64,000 bases of DNA, taken from a virus (lineage: Duplodnaviria; Heunggongvirae; Uroviricota; Caudoviricetes). Positions within the stretch are counted from its first letter, which is position 1, and the number at the start of each line of letters is the position of its first letter. The stretch lies in IMG/VR virus record IMGVR_UViG_3300013094_000021. The stretch is one strand, 5' to 3'. Under the pieces are notes generated by a model. It was not told the DNA's origin and did not search any database. It saw only the letters and a program-made list of their open reading frames with translations. A program made the translations under genes and the position numbers. Below are positions 20,169-29,325 of the stretch, piece by piece.

Positions 20169-21065
20169 ATGAATAAAAATAACCAGTTCACTATCGGCGG
20201 CGACCCAGAGGTTTTTATCTCCGGCAAAAACGGCGAAATTCATTCATCCATTCCTATCCTTAAGCGCGACAAGCATAATCCGATTGTTCTTGACAAGAAA
20301 AGCGGCGTAAAGACTTATGCCGACAATTCTCTGGCGGAAATGGCTTTCAATCCAAGCAAAAGCAAGAAAGAGTTTGTCGAAAAATACCGCAAAGCCTTCC
20401 TCGGACTCCAAAAATATCTTGGCAAGAATTATCGAATCAAAATTCAATCCGCACACTTCTTTAAGGAAAACGAGCTTGAAGCCGCACATGGAATTGACCC
20501 GATGCAAGTCGGTTGTTCTCCTGAATTTAACCATTGGAAGCGCGAAGTTAATCAGCTTGGCGAATTCACCAATACAATGCGTTCCGGCTCGTCTCATATT
20601 CACATTGGACATGAAATGTTCAAAGATATCAACAACAAGGAGCGCGCCTTGAAGATGATTGAAATTTTCCTTGGTTGCTCCTCTGTCATTTGGGACAATG
20701 ACAAGACTTCTTCCGTTCGCCGCGAAAAATATGGCACAAGCGGCTCGTTTCGCCCCACCGATTATGGATTTGAAACGCGCTTTATGTCCAACTATATGCT
20801 CAATTCTCCGAAATTGGTTGAATTGGCATACGATTTGATTGAATTCTCTCTTTCCTTTGTTTTTAACGACAAAGACGCCGAAATTCTCTCAAAGGTTAGT
20901 GTTGAAGACGTTCAAAATGCAATTAATAAATGCGACAAAGATTTGGCCGTTTCGGTTTTGAAACAGGCCGGACTTACCGAAGAACTCTTCAAAAGAGTCG
21001 TCGAGCAATCCAAAAAGAGCTATTCCACGAAAGATTTCTACAAGGAGTGGGATATCAAAGTTTAA
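20169..21065 (+). CDS. YbdK/GCS2-like amidoligase
   Basis: GGDPEVFI and SSHIHIGHE motifs; paralogue of 10850. Confidence 0.5.
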   Translation: MNKNNQFTIGGDPEVFISGKNGEIHSSIPILKRDKHNPIVLDKKSGVKTYADNSLAEMAFNPSKSKKEFVEKYRKAFLGLQKYLGKNYRIKIQSAHFFKENELEAAHGIDPMQVGCSPEFNHWKREVNQLGEFTNTMRSGSSHIHIGHEMFKDINNKERALKMIEIFLGCSSVIWDNDKTSSVRREKYGTSGSFRPTDYGFETRFMSNYMLNSPKLVELAYDLIEFSLSFVFNDKDAEILSKVSVEDVQNAINKCDKDLAVSVLKQAGLTEELFKRVVEQSKKSYSTKDFYKEWDIKV

Positions 21066-21436
21066 GGAGCTTTCTGCTTGGCGTTTATTAGTGTAACCAG
21101 AACGATAAACAAATAAACACACCTATCAGCGGCAATGTTAGATACGGACATTGAAATTAGGTAATGACGTGGAGAATCGGGATTCGTCATAAACGCCAAT
21201 CAGAATTAAATTGACAAACAAATTACCTTCTTTATAATAAATTCATGCAAGAAAGAAAAGACATTTGGCCGGATTCGTTTTTGATGGCTATTTTGTTTTT
21301 TCCTTATTATGTATTGCGCGACCAAGAGTTTTCTATTGCTTTTAGAGTTTTACTTGCTACGGTTATTTCCGCTCAATATATCTGTTTTTTGATTGCCTGT
21401 TTTTGCAGATTGATGGTTTTTATTTTGAATTAATTT

Positions 21437-21844
21437 ATGAATCGAGAAATTAAATTTCGAGTCTGGGATAAAAAAAGGAATCGGTTTCTTGAACAGTATG
21501 GATTTAATGTCGGAATCCCAAAAGACAATATTTGGTATTGTTTGGCGAAAATCCTTTCTGGGGAAGTTTATCCTTTTTTAATTCCACAACAATTCACCGG
21601 CCTGAAAGATAAAAACGGAAAGGAGATTTACGAAGGCGATGTTTTGGAAGCTTCGGGTTGTGCCCAACCCAATAAACTTCAAGTAGTTTGGGCAGACGGA
21701 ACTGTAAAATTCGACCATATACTAGGTTTCACTCTAATCAGAGTTGACAAAATAATCCAATACGGTTTCAGCGAAAGATTTCCAACTACAAAAAGAATTA
21801 TTGGCAATATCTACGAAAACCCAGAATTAATCATTAAATTTTAA
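21437..21844 (+). CDS. YopX-family phage protein
   Basis: MNREIKFRVWDKK... N-terminus and EGDVLE block typical of YopX. Confidence 0.5.
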   Translation: MNREIKFRVWDKKRNRFLEQYGFNVGIPKDNIWYCLAKILSGEVYPFLIPQQFTGLKDKNGKEIYEGDVLEASGCAQPNKLQVVWADGTVKFDHILGFTLIRVDKIIQYGFSERFPTTKRIIGNIYENPELIIKF

Positions 21845-21897
21845 AATCAACAATATATCATTGACAATTTCAAATTATCCTTTAATATATAAACCAC

Positions 21898-22548
21898 ATG
21901 AATAAAACCAAAAGAATCGCCTACGTTATCGGCGTCGGCAATCAAGATTACGGCTATGGCAATTGGATGCAGATAGATAGATTCACAAACGATATTCGCG
22001 AGGCTAATTTTTGCATAGGTCTTGGCGGCAGCGACGTTTCACCAAGTTTTTATAATATGCCAGACAGCGGGCTTTGCCATTCCGTTTATTCTGTGGATAT
22101 TCAGGAATACAAAGACTACAAAAAAGCGATTGAATTGAAGAAAAAAATCGTCGGCATTTGCAAAGGTAGCCAATGGCTTTCAGTTTTGGCGGGCGGCAAA
22201 CTTTTCCAGCATATTGACCACGACTATATCCACAAAATCAAAACCTTTGATGGAAAAGAGCTTTTAACCAATAGCCTACATCATCAAATGAGCGACTTGG
22301 AAGAATTGGCCGAAAACTCCGATTACAAATTGCTCGCATGGTCTGAAAGTCTTTCCAATTTTCATATTGACGGAAATAGCGATGACAGAAAATGCAGCAA
22401 AGAACCGGAAGCAATTCTCTTTCCGAAAATCAATGGACTCGGCTTTCAAATGCACCCAGAAATGATTTTTAAGTCGGCTGGCAAGAATCATCCTTTTATT
22501 AATTGGAGCAGAGAAATACTTAATAAATTTTTGGATAATAAATTGTGA
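21898..22548 (+). CDS. class-I glutamine amidotransferase-like / peptidase C26 (gamma-glutamyl hydrolase-like)
   Basis: IGLGGSDVSPSFYN, ICKGSQWLSVLAGG, HHQM, FQMHPE (Cys-His catalytic pair context). Confidence 0.55.
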   Translation: MNKTKRIAYVIGVGNQDYGYGNWMQIDRFTNDIREANFCIGLGGSDVSPSFYNMPDSGLCHSVYSVDIQEYKDYKKAIELKKKIVGICKGSQWLSVLAGGKLFQHIDHDYIHKIKTFDGKELLTNSLHHQMSDLEELAENSDYKLLAWSESLSNFHIDGNSDDRKCSKEPEAILFPKINGLGFQMHPEMIFKSAGKNHPFINWSREILNKFLDNKL

Positions 22549-22856
22549 AACTAGCCTTTCCATTTAAAAAAATAATTTCTCCGCGTAAGAAAACAAGGTG
22601 GTTTTTTTGTTTTTACAACTTGAAGTGTGACGAGAATCAAATAATTGGCGAATCAATTAAATTTTTAGACGCCTTCGACAATCAAAAAAACAAAATTCCT
22701 AGAAAAGTAAAAGAATTAATTAAAAAAGAATTCAATTCAAAGAAATTTTTCTTTTTTAGAAAGTATAGGCCAGATGATTATGTTCTCATCAAAGTTTTAA
22801 AAAACGATAAATGGGTAAGTATTTACTTCTGGCCTGTGAAAAACCTTGACATTTGA
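22545..22856 (+). CDS. hypothetical protein
   Basis: 103-aa ORF, start overlaps previous stop. Confidence 0.35.
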   Translation: MKLAFPFKKIISPRKKTRWFFCFYNLKCDENQIIGESIKFLDAFDNQKNKIPRKVKELIKKEFNSKKFFFFRKYRPDDYVLIKVLKNDKWVSIYFWPVKNLDI

Positions 22857-22883
22857 ACCTGAAAGCCTTAAAATAAAAACACA

Positions 22884-23675
22884 TTGAAAACAATCAATCT
22901 CTACAATCTTAAGAATGTTAAAGTTATCTTATTTCCAGATAACCAGCCTCACGTTATCATTGAAAACATTCAAGCTGGCGATGAAGTTAGACTTGTCGCG
23001 CCACTTCGCACAAGTCTTGAAGTCCTTCAAATGCTGGAAGTATCGAATGCCATAGATGAAATTGGCGCAATCAAGAAAGATTTGGTAATTCCATACCTAA
23101 TGGGCGCAAGATTCGACAGAATCATGCAAACCGGAGACAGTTTCGACCTTAAAGTAATTGCTAATTTGATTAATTCTTGCAATTTTCCAGTAGTTAATCT
23201 TTTTGATGTTCACAGCAAGGTTTCCACTGATTTAATTAAAAACTCTCGCAGCCATAACAATAGCAAGCTTTTAAAGGCTTACGACAAGAAAAATGTTGTT
23301 TTGATTTGCCCAGACAAAGGCGCGCTAGGACGAGTTGACTTTTACAAGCAAAATCTTGATATTAAAGACGTTGTTTATTGTGAAAAAAGCCGCGATTTGA
23401 GCAACGGCAACTTAACTCTGACCGTTAAAAATCCTGAAAAATGCGAAGGGCAAAATTGCGTTTGTGTTGATGACATTGCCGATGGCGGTGGGACGTTTCT
23501 TGCTATCGCCTCTCAAATCAATCCCGCACATTTTACTCTTATAGTTAGCCACGGCATTTTTAGCAAAGGTTTTTTAAAATTAGAGGAGTTTTTTGACGAA
23601 ATTATTACGAGCAACAGCTATCGAAAAAACTACGAAAGTAATATAGTTAAGGTGGTAGATTTAAATCTCTATTGA
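22884..23675 (+). CDS. ribose-phosphate pyrophosphokinase (Prs)-like protein; possibly an ADP-ribose pyrophosphokinase (Adps-like)
   Basis: IPYLMGARFDR (cf. IPYFGYARQDR), VCVDDIADGGGTF PRPP-binding loop. Confidence 0.6.
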   Translation: MKTINLYNLKNVKVILFPDNQPHVIIENIQAGDEVRLVAPLRTSLEVLQMLEVSNAIDEIGAIKKDLVIPYLMGARFDRIMQTGDSFDLKVIANLINSCNFPVVNLFDVHSKVSTDLIKNSRSHNNSKLLKAYDKKNVVLICPDKGALGRVDFYKQNLDIKDVVYCEKSRDLSNGNLTLTVKNPEKCEGQNCVCVDDIADGGGTFLAIASQINPAHFTLIVSHGIFSKGFLKLEEFFDEIITSNSYRKNYESNIVKVVDLNLY

Positions 23676-23771
23676 GATTATTTGGACTGCCTAAAATTCA
23701 CACACCAAAATAAAACTTGACTTTAAAATAAAAATCATTAATATAAACAGACAACAAATTAATATAAAACA

Positions 23772-25235
23772 ATGAATCTAAAAACCAATTCTTTTCTTTT
23801 TTGCGACTTCTATAAGTGCGGCCACCCTTTCCAATATCCAGACAAGACTCAATTTGTTTACATTAATTGGACGGCGCGCGGCTCTCGCCTTGAAGGAATT
23901 AATGACATGGTATTTTTCGGCCTTCAATATTTTATTAAAGGCTATCTTATCCAAAACTTTAATGATAATTTTTTCAAACGTCCAAAAGACGAAGTTATGG
24001 CCGAATATAAGCGCATTATTCGCAATTCTCTTGGCGGCGATTTGCCTACTTATAGCCATATTGAAAAGCTTCACGATTTAGGTTATTTGCCTATTAAAAT
24101 CAAAGCTCTTCCAGAGGGCGTTAAAGTTCCTATGCGCGTTCCCTGTTTGACTATACTCAACACGCTTGAAGACTTCTATTGGCTTCCGAATTTTATTGAA
24201 ACCTTAATGTCGTCGGTTTTGTGGTTGCCTTGTAATTCGGCAACAATTGCCAATGCCTATCGAAAACTTTTGGATGGTTACGCCGAAAAAACAGGAATGC
24301 CAAAAGAATTTGTTCAATGGCAAGGACATGACTTTAGCTTTCGCGGAATGAGTTCCTTTGAAAGCGCAGTTACTTCCGGCATGGGTCACTTGCTATCCTT
24401 CACCGGAACGGACACCGTTCCGGCGATTGTAGGACTTGAACAATACTATAACGCCAATAGCGACAAAGAACTTATCGGCGGTAGCGTTCCAGCTACGGAG
24501 CATAGCGTTATGTGTTCTGGAGAGAAAGATAACGAACAAGAAACATTTGAAAGACTAATTACAAAAATCTATCCTAATGGAATCGTATCAGTTGTTTCTG
24601 ATACTTGGGATTTGTGGAGAGTTTTGACTGAATATCTTCCTAATTTGAAAGATAAAGTTATGGCTCGTAACGGAAAGCTTGTTATTCGTCCAGATAGCGG
24701 CGACCCCGTTTTGATTATTTGCGGCAATCCAGACGGAAAAACCGAAGCGGAGCGCAAAGGCGTAGTTGAATTGCTTTGGGATGTTTTCGGCGGAACGGTT
24801 ACAAGCAAAGGATTCAAGTTGCTTGACAGTCACGTTGGAGCGATTTATGGCGATAGCATCACGCTAAAAAGAGCGGATGAAATTTGCTCTCGCTTGATGG
24901 CTAAAGGATTCGCTTCGCAAGTCGTTTTCGGTATTGGAAGCTTCACCTATCAATACAATACTCGCGACACTCTAGGCTCTGCGGTTAAAGCCACTCATGT
25001 AACCATTGACGAAAAAGATATTAGTATCTCTAAAAATCCTATCACCGATAGCGGACTCAAAAAATCGGCCTGTGGATTGTTGCAGGTTGCAAAGGAAAAC
25101 GGAAAATACGTCCTGCATGATAACGTATCTTGGATTAAAGAAGCGCAGGGCGAATTGCAAACCGTATTTGTGGACGGAAAACTTGTTAAGGAATGGACGC
25201 TTTCAGAAGTAAGAAATAATCTAGCTAATTCTTAA
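23772..25235 (+). CDS. nadV: nicotinamide phosphoribosyltransferase family protein (NadV/NAMPT or Namat-like)
   Basis: DFYKCGH, FFGLQYFI, GTDTVPA, VPATEHS, VVSDTWD, IRPDSGDP all align with NAMPT signature blocks; 487 aa. Confidence 0.8.
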   Translation: MNLKTNSFLFCDFYKCGHPFQYPDKTQFVYINWTARGSRLEGINDMVFFGLQYFIKGYLIQNFNDNFFKRPKDEVMAEYKRIIRNSLGGDLPTYSHIEKLHDLGYLPIKIKALPEGVKVPMRVPCLTILNTLEDFYWLPNFIETLMSSVLWLPCNSATIANAYRKLLDGYAEKTGMPKEFVQWQGHDFSFRGMSSFESAVTSGMGHLLSFTGTDTVPAIVGLEQYYNANSDKELIGGSVPATEHSVMCSGEKDNEQETFERLITKIYPNGIVSVVSDTWDLWRVLTEYLPNLKDKVMARNGKLVIRPDSGDPVLIICGNPDGKTEAERKGVVELLWDVFGGTVTSKGFKLLDSHVGAIYGDSITLKRADEICSRLMAKGFASQVVFGIGSFTYQYNTRDTLGSAVKATHVTIDEKDISISKNPITDSGLKKSACGLLQVAKENGKYVLHDNVSWIKEAQGELQTVFVDGKLVKEWTLSEVRNNLANS

Positions 25236-25238
25236 TCT

Positions 25239-26024
25239 ATGACTAAAGAAAAATTAAAAATTTCAGAGCCTAAAAAAAATAGGGGCGCCCTATCCGAAGG
25301 TAGAAACAGAGGATTCGGCCAGTGTTTTGTTAAAAAAGTTGGTAATTTAATTGAAATGCCTTACCCTATAAGTGCTTGCGGCGACTTCATTAACGACCAA
25401 TTACATTCGCAAGTAACCGGAAAAAGCTGGAATATCCACGGGCAAAACAGTCAGAGGCACGAGGGGCTTTTTGACGAAAAAAATAATTGCGCCTATATGC
25501 TTGGCTCGGTTTTAACCATAAACAGAGGCGGCAAATACGACAACTACGACAGAGATTTGAAATGTCTGGAATCTAATTACTCTCATTTAGAAAAATTTAT
25601 TAATTTCTTTGAGAAATCTTTTAAATTAAAGAAAAAAACTTCCATTACTAGAATCAAGGAAAATTTGTATCTATTTAAATTACCTTTGTTTTGGACGGAA
25701 TCAATTTATTTAATTTCTCTTTATAAATTCCTGTCTCGCGTCGGTATTTTTTATGATGGCGGGAATCCTATGGATTTTTTGAATTCATTTGATAAGGACT
25801 CTGGCGACGTTTATATGTGGAGTTCAATCAAACCTAAAATAATCTCCATGATGAAAGGATTTATACCTAAATTTCCAATGAGCGCATGGGATGGTTGCCC
25901 GCATAATCTAGGGATTGTTTCGCAAATTTGGCCTAAAGAGGAAATGCAAAAACAATCTCAAAGAGCCAATATATCATCTAAAAAAATTACCGCGACCGAA
26001 AGACAGATTTGGAAGCCAATTTAA
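25239..26024 (+). CDS. hypothetical protein
   Basis: 261-aa ORF immediately after NAMPT gene. Confidence 0.45.
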   Translation: MTKEKLKISEPKKNRGALSEGRNRGFGQCFVKKVGNLIEMPYPISACGDFINDQLHSQVTGKSWNIHGQNSQRHEGLFDEKNNCAYMLGSVLTINRGGKYDNYDRDLKCLESNYSHLEKFINFFEKSFKLKKKTSITRIKENLYLFKLPLFWTESIYLISLYKFLSRVGIFYDGGNPMDFLNSFDKDSGDVYMWSSIKPKIISMMKGFIPKFPMSAWDGCPHNLGIVSQIWPKEEMQKQSQRANISSKKITATERQIWKPI

Positions 26025-26070
26025 TCCATAATTAAGTTGACAGGATAAAAAAATCCTTCATAATAATTAC

Positions 26071-27258
26071 ATGAAAGTTTTCACTAACGGCAGAGTTCCA
26101 ATCAAAAGCTGGTGCAATAATCCAGAAGCGGGAGCAATCGAACAGGCTACCAATCTCGCCAATCTTCCTTTTATCTTTAAATGGCTCGCTTTGATGCCTG
26201 ACACTCACCAAGGCTACGGAATGCCGATTGGCGGCGTTTTGGCGACCAATGGAGTCGTAATACCTAATGCGGTTGGTTCTGACATTGGCTGTGGAATGAG
26301 TTTCATCGAATCTGATATCAAAGAATGGGGCAGAGAGGATTTAATTGAAATTTTAAAGACTATCCGCGCCACTATTCCAGTTGGCTTCAACAAGCACAAA
26401 GTAAAGAAAACATCCGACTCAATTCCGTCTATTGAATCTCAATTCTCTAATGGCGAAAACCTCCCTATAATCAGAAAAGAGTTTGATAATGCTCTTTTTT
26501 CTGTTGGGACGCTCGGCGGCGGCAACCATTTTATTGAATTGCAAAAAAACGAATCCGGCAATCTTTGCGTTATGATTCATTCCGGCAGTCGAAATCTTGG
26601 CAAAAAAGTTGCCGACCATTACAATAAGCTCGCCGAAGAACTGAATTCAAAATACTTCTCTAGCGTTCCAAAAGAATATGATTTAGCTTTTTTGCCGCTT
26701 GATTCATCCGAAGCGCAGGAATATATTTCTGAAATGAATTATTGTGTTAATTTTGCATTGGCTAATCGTATGCAAATGATTTTTGAATGTAGAATGGCTA
26801 TTTGCGAGGCTTTTCAAAACAAGGTTGAAAAGGTTAATTTTTCTAATTTTATTAATATACCCCACAATTACGCCAGACTGGAAAATCATTTCGGCGAAAA
26901 TGTTATGGTTCATCGCAAGGGAGCGACCTCTGCGAAATTAAATGAATTAGGATTAATTCCGGGTTCGCAAGGTTCTAGTAGCTATGTCGTTCGCGGCAAA
27001 GGAAATGTCAATAGTTTTTCCAGTTGCTCGCACGGCGCGGGCAGAAAACTTGGGCGCAAAGAAGCTCAAAGAACGCTCAACATCGAAGAGGAAAAAAATC
27101 GTTTGGAAAAACTTGGCGTAATCCACGCCATTAGAAGCGTTGATGATTTAGATGAGGCTGCGGGCTCCTATAAGGACATTGACGTAGTTATGGAAGAGCA
27201 AAAGGATTTGATTGAAATCGTCCAAAAACTTCAACCTCTGGCGGTTGTAAAAGGGTAA
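26071..27258 (+). CDS. rtcB: RNA-splicing ligase RtcB
   Basis: MPDTHQGYGMPIGGV, GSDIGCGM, GGGNHFIEL, PHNYA, SCSHGAGR conserved RtcB metal/GTP-binding motifs; 395 aa. Confidence 0.85.
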   Translation: MKVFTNGRVPIKSWCNNPEAGAIEQATNLANLPFIFKWLALMPDTHQGYGMPIGGVLATNGVVIPNAVGSDIGCGMSFIESDIKEWGREDLIEILKTIRATIPVGFNKHKVKKTSDSIPSIESQFSNGENLPIIRKEFDNALFSVGTLGGGNHFIELQKNESGNLCVMIHSGSRNLGKKVADHYNKLAEELNSKYFSSVPKEYDLAFLPLDSSEAQEYISEMNYCVNFALANRMQMIFECRMAICEAFQNKVEKVNFSNFINIPHNYARLENHFGENVMVHRKGATSAKLNELGLIPGSQGSSSYVVRGKGNVNSFSSCSHGAGRKLGRKEAQRTLNIEEEKNRLEKLGVIHAIRSVDDLDEAAGSYKDIDVVMEEQKDLIEIVQKLQPLAVVKG

Positions 27259-27268
27259 TAAAATATCC

Positions 27269-27296
27269 TTGACAATTAAAGGATATCCTTTATAAT
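27269..27296 (+). promoter_or_regulatory. consensus promoter upstream of rsr with 80-nt leader
   Basis: ccttgacaattaaaggatatcctttataat. Confidence 0.55.
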
Positions 27297-27378
27297 AAAT
27301 TTGTCGTGGCGAAGTTTAGAGTTACTTCACTTGTTATGGAAAAACACTTTAAACGCTTATTCCCGACACTAAATTTAC

Positions 27379-28686
27379 ATGAAATCAAATAAAAAAGAAT
27401 TGGTTGAAAAATTAACCGAAGAAGGCGCGAAAGCCGCGCATATTACGCCTTATCAATCGCTTCGCCGCTCGGTTTTATCCACACTCCTTTTTGAAGACAA
27501 CTTTTATGAAGACGGAATTTCCGTATCTGAAAGAATTAAAGAATTAATTAAAGCCGTTTCGCCGGAAAAAGTCGCGGATTTGGCGATTGAAGCCAGAACT
27601 AAATTCAAGCTTCGCCATATACCTCTTTTTTTGGTTCGCGAATTGGCTCGTTACGAAAAATCAAGATACCTTGTGGCCGAAACTTTGTCGGCGGTTATTC
27701 AAAGACCGGACGAATTGGGGGAATTCCTTTCTCTTTACAACAAAGACGGAAAGCAACCTTTGGCCGCATCCGTCAAAAAAGGCTTGTCTCGCGCCTTCCA
27801 AAAGTTTGACGAATATTCTCTTCAAAAGTATAACGGTGGAACTCCCGAATATAAACTTCGCGACGTTCTTTTCCTCTGTCACGCCAAACCAAAAAATGAA
27901 GAGCAGGAAAATCTTTGGAAAAAATTGATTAATAATCAATTGGAAACGCCGGAAACTTGGGAAACCAAAATCGGCAAAGATGGTAAAAAAGAAGCTTGGG
28001 AGTCTCTTTTGCACGAAAGAAAGCTTGGCTCTCTCGCTCTTTTGAGAAATTTGAGAAACTTCAAAGTAAATGGAGTATCAGAGAAATTAATTAAATCCGC
28101 CATTTCGGAAATGAAAACCGATAGAGTCCTGCCTTTTAGGTTTATCACCGCCGCGAAATATTATCCTTCCCTTGAATCAGAACTGGAAGGCGCGATGTTT
28201 AAATGCTCAAAAAACATTGATAAAGTCAGCGGAAAGACTCTTCTTCTTATTGACGTTTCCGGCTCAATGGATAAGCCTCTATCCTCAAATTCTGAAATGA
28301 CTAGACTTGAGGCGGCTAATTCTTTGGCTATTCTAGCGCGCGAAATCTGCGAAGAAGTTAAAGTATTTACTTTTTCCAAGCAAATCATTGAAATTCCAGC
28401 TAGACGCGGATTTTCCTTGAGAGACGCTATTAACAGTAGCCAGCCTCACAAAGACACCTATCTGGGCGCGGCAATTAAATATTTAAACGAAAATGAATCA
28501 TTTGAAAGATTAATTGTTATTTCTGACGAACAATCGGACGATGAAGTTCAATTTCCTAAATGCCCGAAAGCATACATGATAAATGTAGCCAACAACAAAA
28601 ACGGAGTAGGCTACAATAAAAATTGGATTAATATTTCTGGTATGTCGGAGTCGGTTTTCGACTATATTCAAAATATTGAAGAATAA
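27379..28686 (+). CDS. rsr: Ro60-related protein Rsr (TROVE domain + C-terminal vWA/MIDAS)
   Basis: N-terminal TROVE-like region (LLFEDNFYEDG..., HIPLFLVRELA), C-terminal LLLIDVSGSMDKPL MIDAS motif; adjacent to rtcB as in bacterial rsr-rtcB operons. Confidence 0.6.
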   Translation: MKSNKKELVEKLTEEGAKAAHITPYQSLRRSVLSTLLFEDNFYEDGISVSERIKELIKAVSPEKVADLAIEARTKFKLRHIPLFLVRELARYEKSRYLVAETLSAVIQRPDELGEFLSLYNKDGKQPLAASVKKGLSRAFQKFDEYSLQKYNGGTPEYKLRDVLFLCHAKPKNEEQENLWKKLINNQLETPETWETKIGKDGKKEAWESLLHERKLGSLALLRNLRNFKVNGVSEKLIKSAISEMKTDRVLPFRFITAAKYYPSLESELEGAMFKCSKNIDKVSGKTLLLIDVSGSMDKPLSSNSEMTRLEAANSLAILAREICEEVKVFTFSKQIIEIPARRGFSLRDAINSSQPHKDTYLGAAIKYLNENESFERLIVISDEQSDDEVQFPKCPKAYMINVANNKNGVGYNKNWINISGMSESVFDYIQNIEE

Positions 28687-28729
28687 ATTTGACATATAAA
28701 TTTTATTCTTTATAATCAATTCGTAAACT

Positions 28730-29308
28730 ATGTCGTCAACCTCATACAAGTCAATCTCTAATGACACCAAGGAACTATGTTCCGCTGCGTATGCCGGATT
28801 AAAGCTGGCTAAAACCGAAATTCCTTATATGCAACACGCGGAGCGAGTAAAGGATATTTCCTTTGCCTATGCAATCTCCGGCAAGCATTCACCGATGGTT
28901 ACGGAAGCGTATGACCTAATCTGCCATTTTGGATTTAGCGTAGCTTCATTTTATTCTATTCTTGACGTTGTTTCTTTGGCGCATGACGTTGAAAATGTCG
29001 CTTGCAGTCGGGGTTTTGACAATAATTGGATTCTTAAAAACCTCAAACAAAGAAATCCAGAAACCAGAGACGACTTCTTTTTTCTAATTAAATCCTCTCT
29101 TAATGCTGTGACCTACGGCAAAGAGGATAAATTTTGGGATAGACTAAATAAAGCCAAAAAAGAACCAATCGCAAGAATTGTCGCCTATTCAAAACTTCAC
29201 TTTCTTTTAAATGAAGTTCAGAATCTTCCATCCGGCGAAAAAACCAAGTTTGAAAACGCAAGAGAAATCCTGCTTGGAAACAAAGTCAAAAAACTTAAGA
29301 TTTATTAA
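28730..29308 (+). CDS. hypothetical protein, possible HD-domain phosphohydrolase
   Basis: MQHAERV ... LAHDVEN spacing resembles H...HD motif; weak. Confidence 0.35.
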   Translation: MSSTSYKSISNDTKELCSAAYAGLKLAKTEIPYMQHAERVKDISFAYAISGKHSPMVTEAYDLICHFGFSVASFYSILDVVSLAHDVENVACSRGFDNNWILKNLKQRNPETRDDFFFLIKSSLNAVTYGKEDKFWDRLNKAKKEPIARIVAYSKLHFLLNEVQNLPSGEKTKFENAREILLGNKVKKLKIY

Positions 29309-29325
29309 TCAATTTAAAAAACTAT

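Noticed and set aside
27259-27378. Intergenic space between rtcB and rsr as the location of a Y RNA (as in Salmonella rsr-yrlA-rtcB)
   Set aside because: Most of the 120 nt is the consensus promoter; the remaining ~80-nt leader has only a 5-bp hairpin and no tRNA-like module, so it is too short and unstructured for a Y RNA. More likely a plain 5' UTR.
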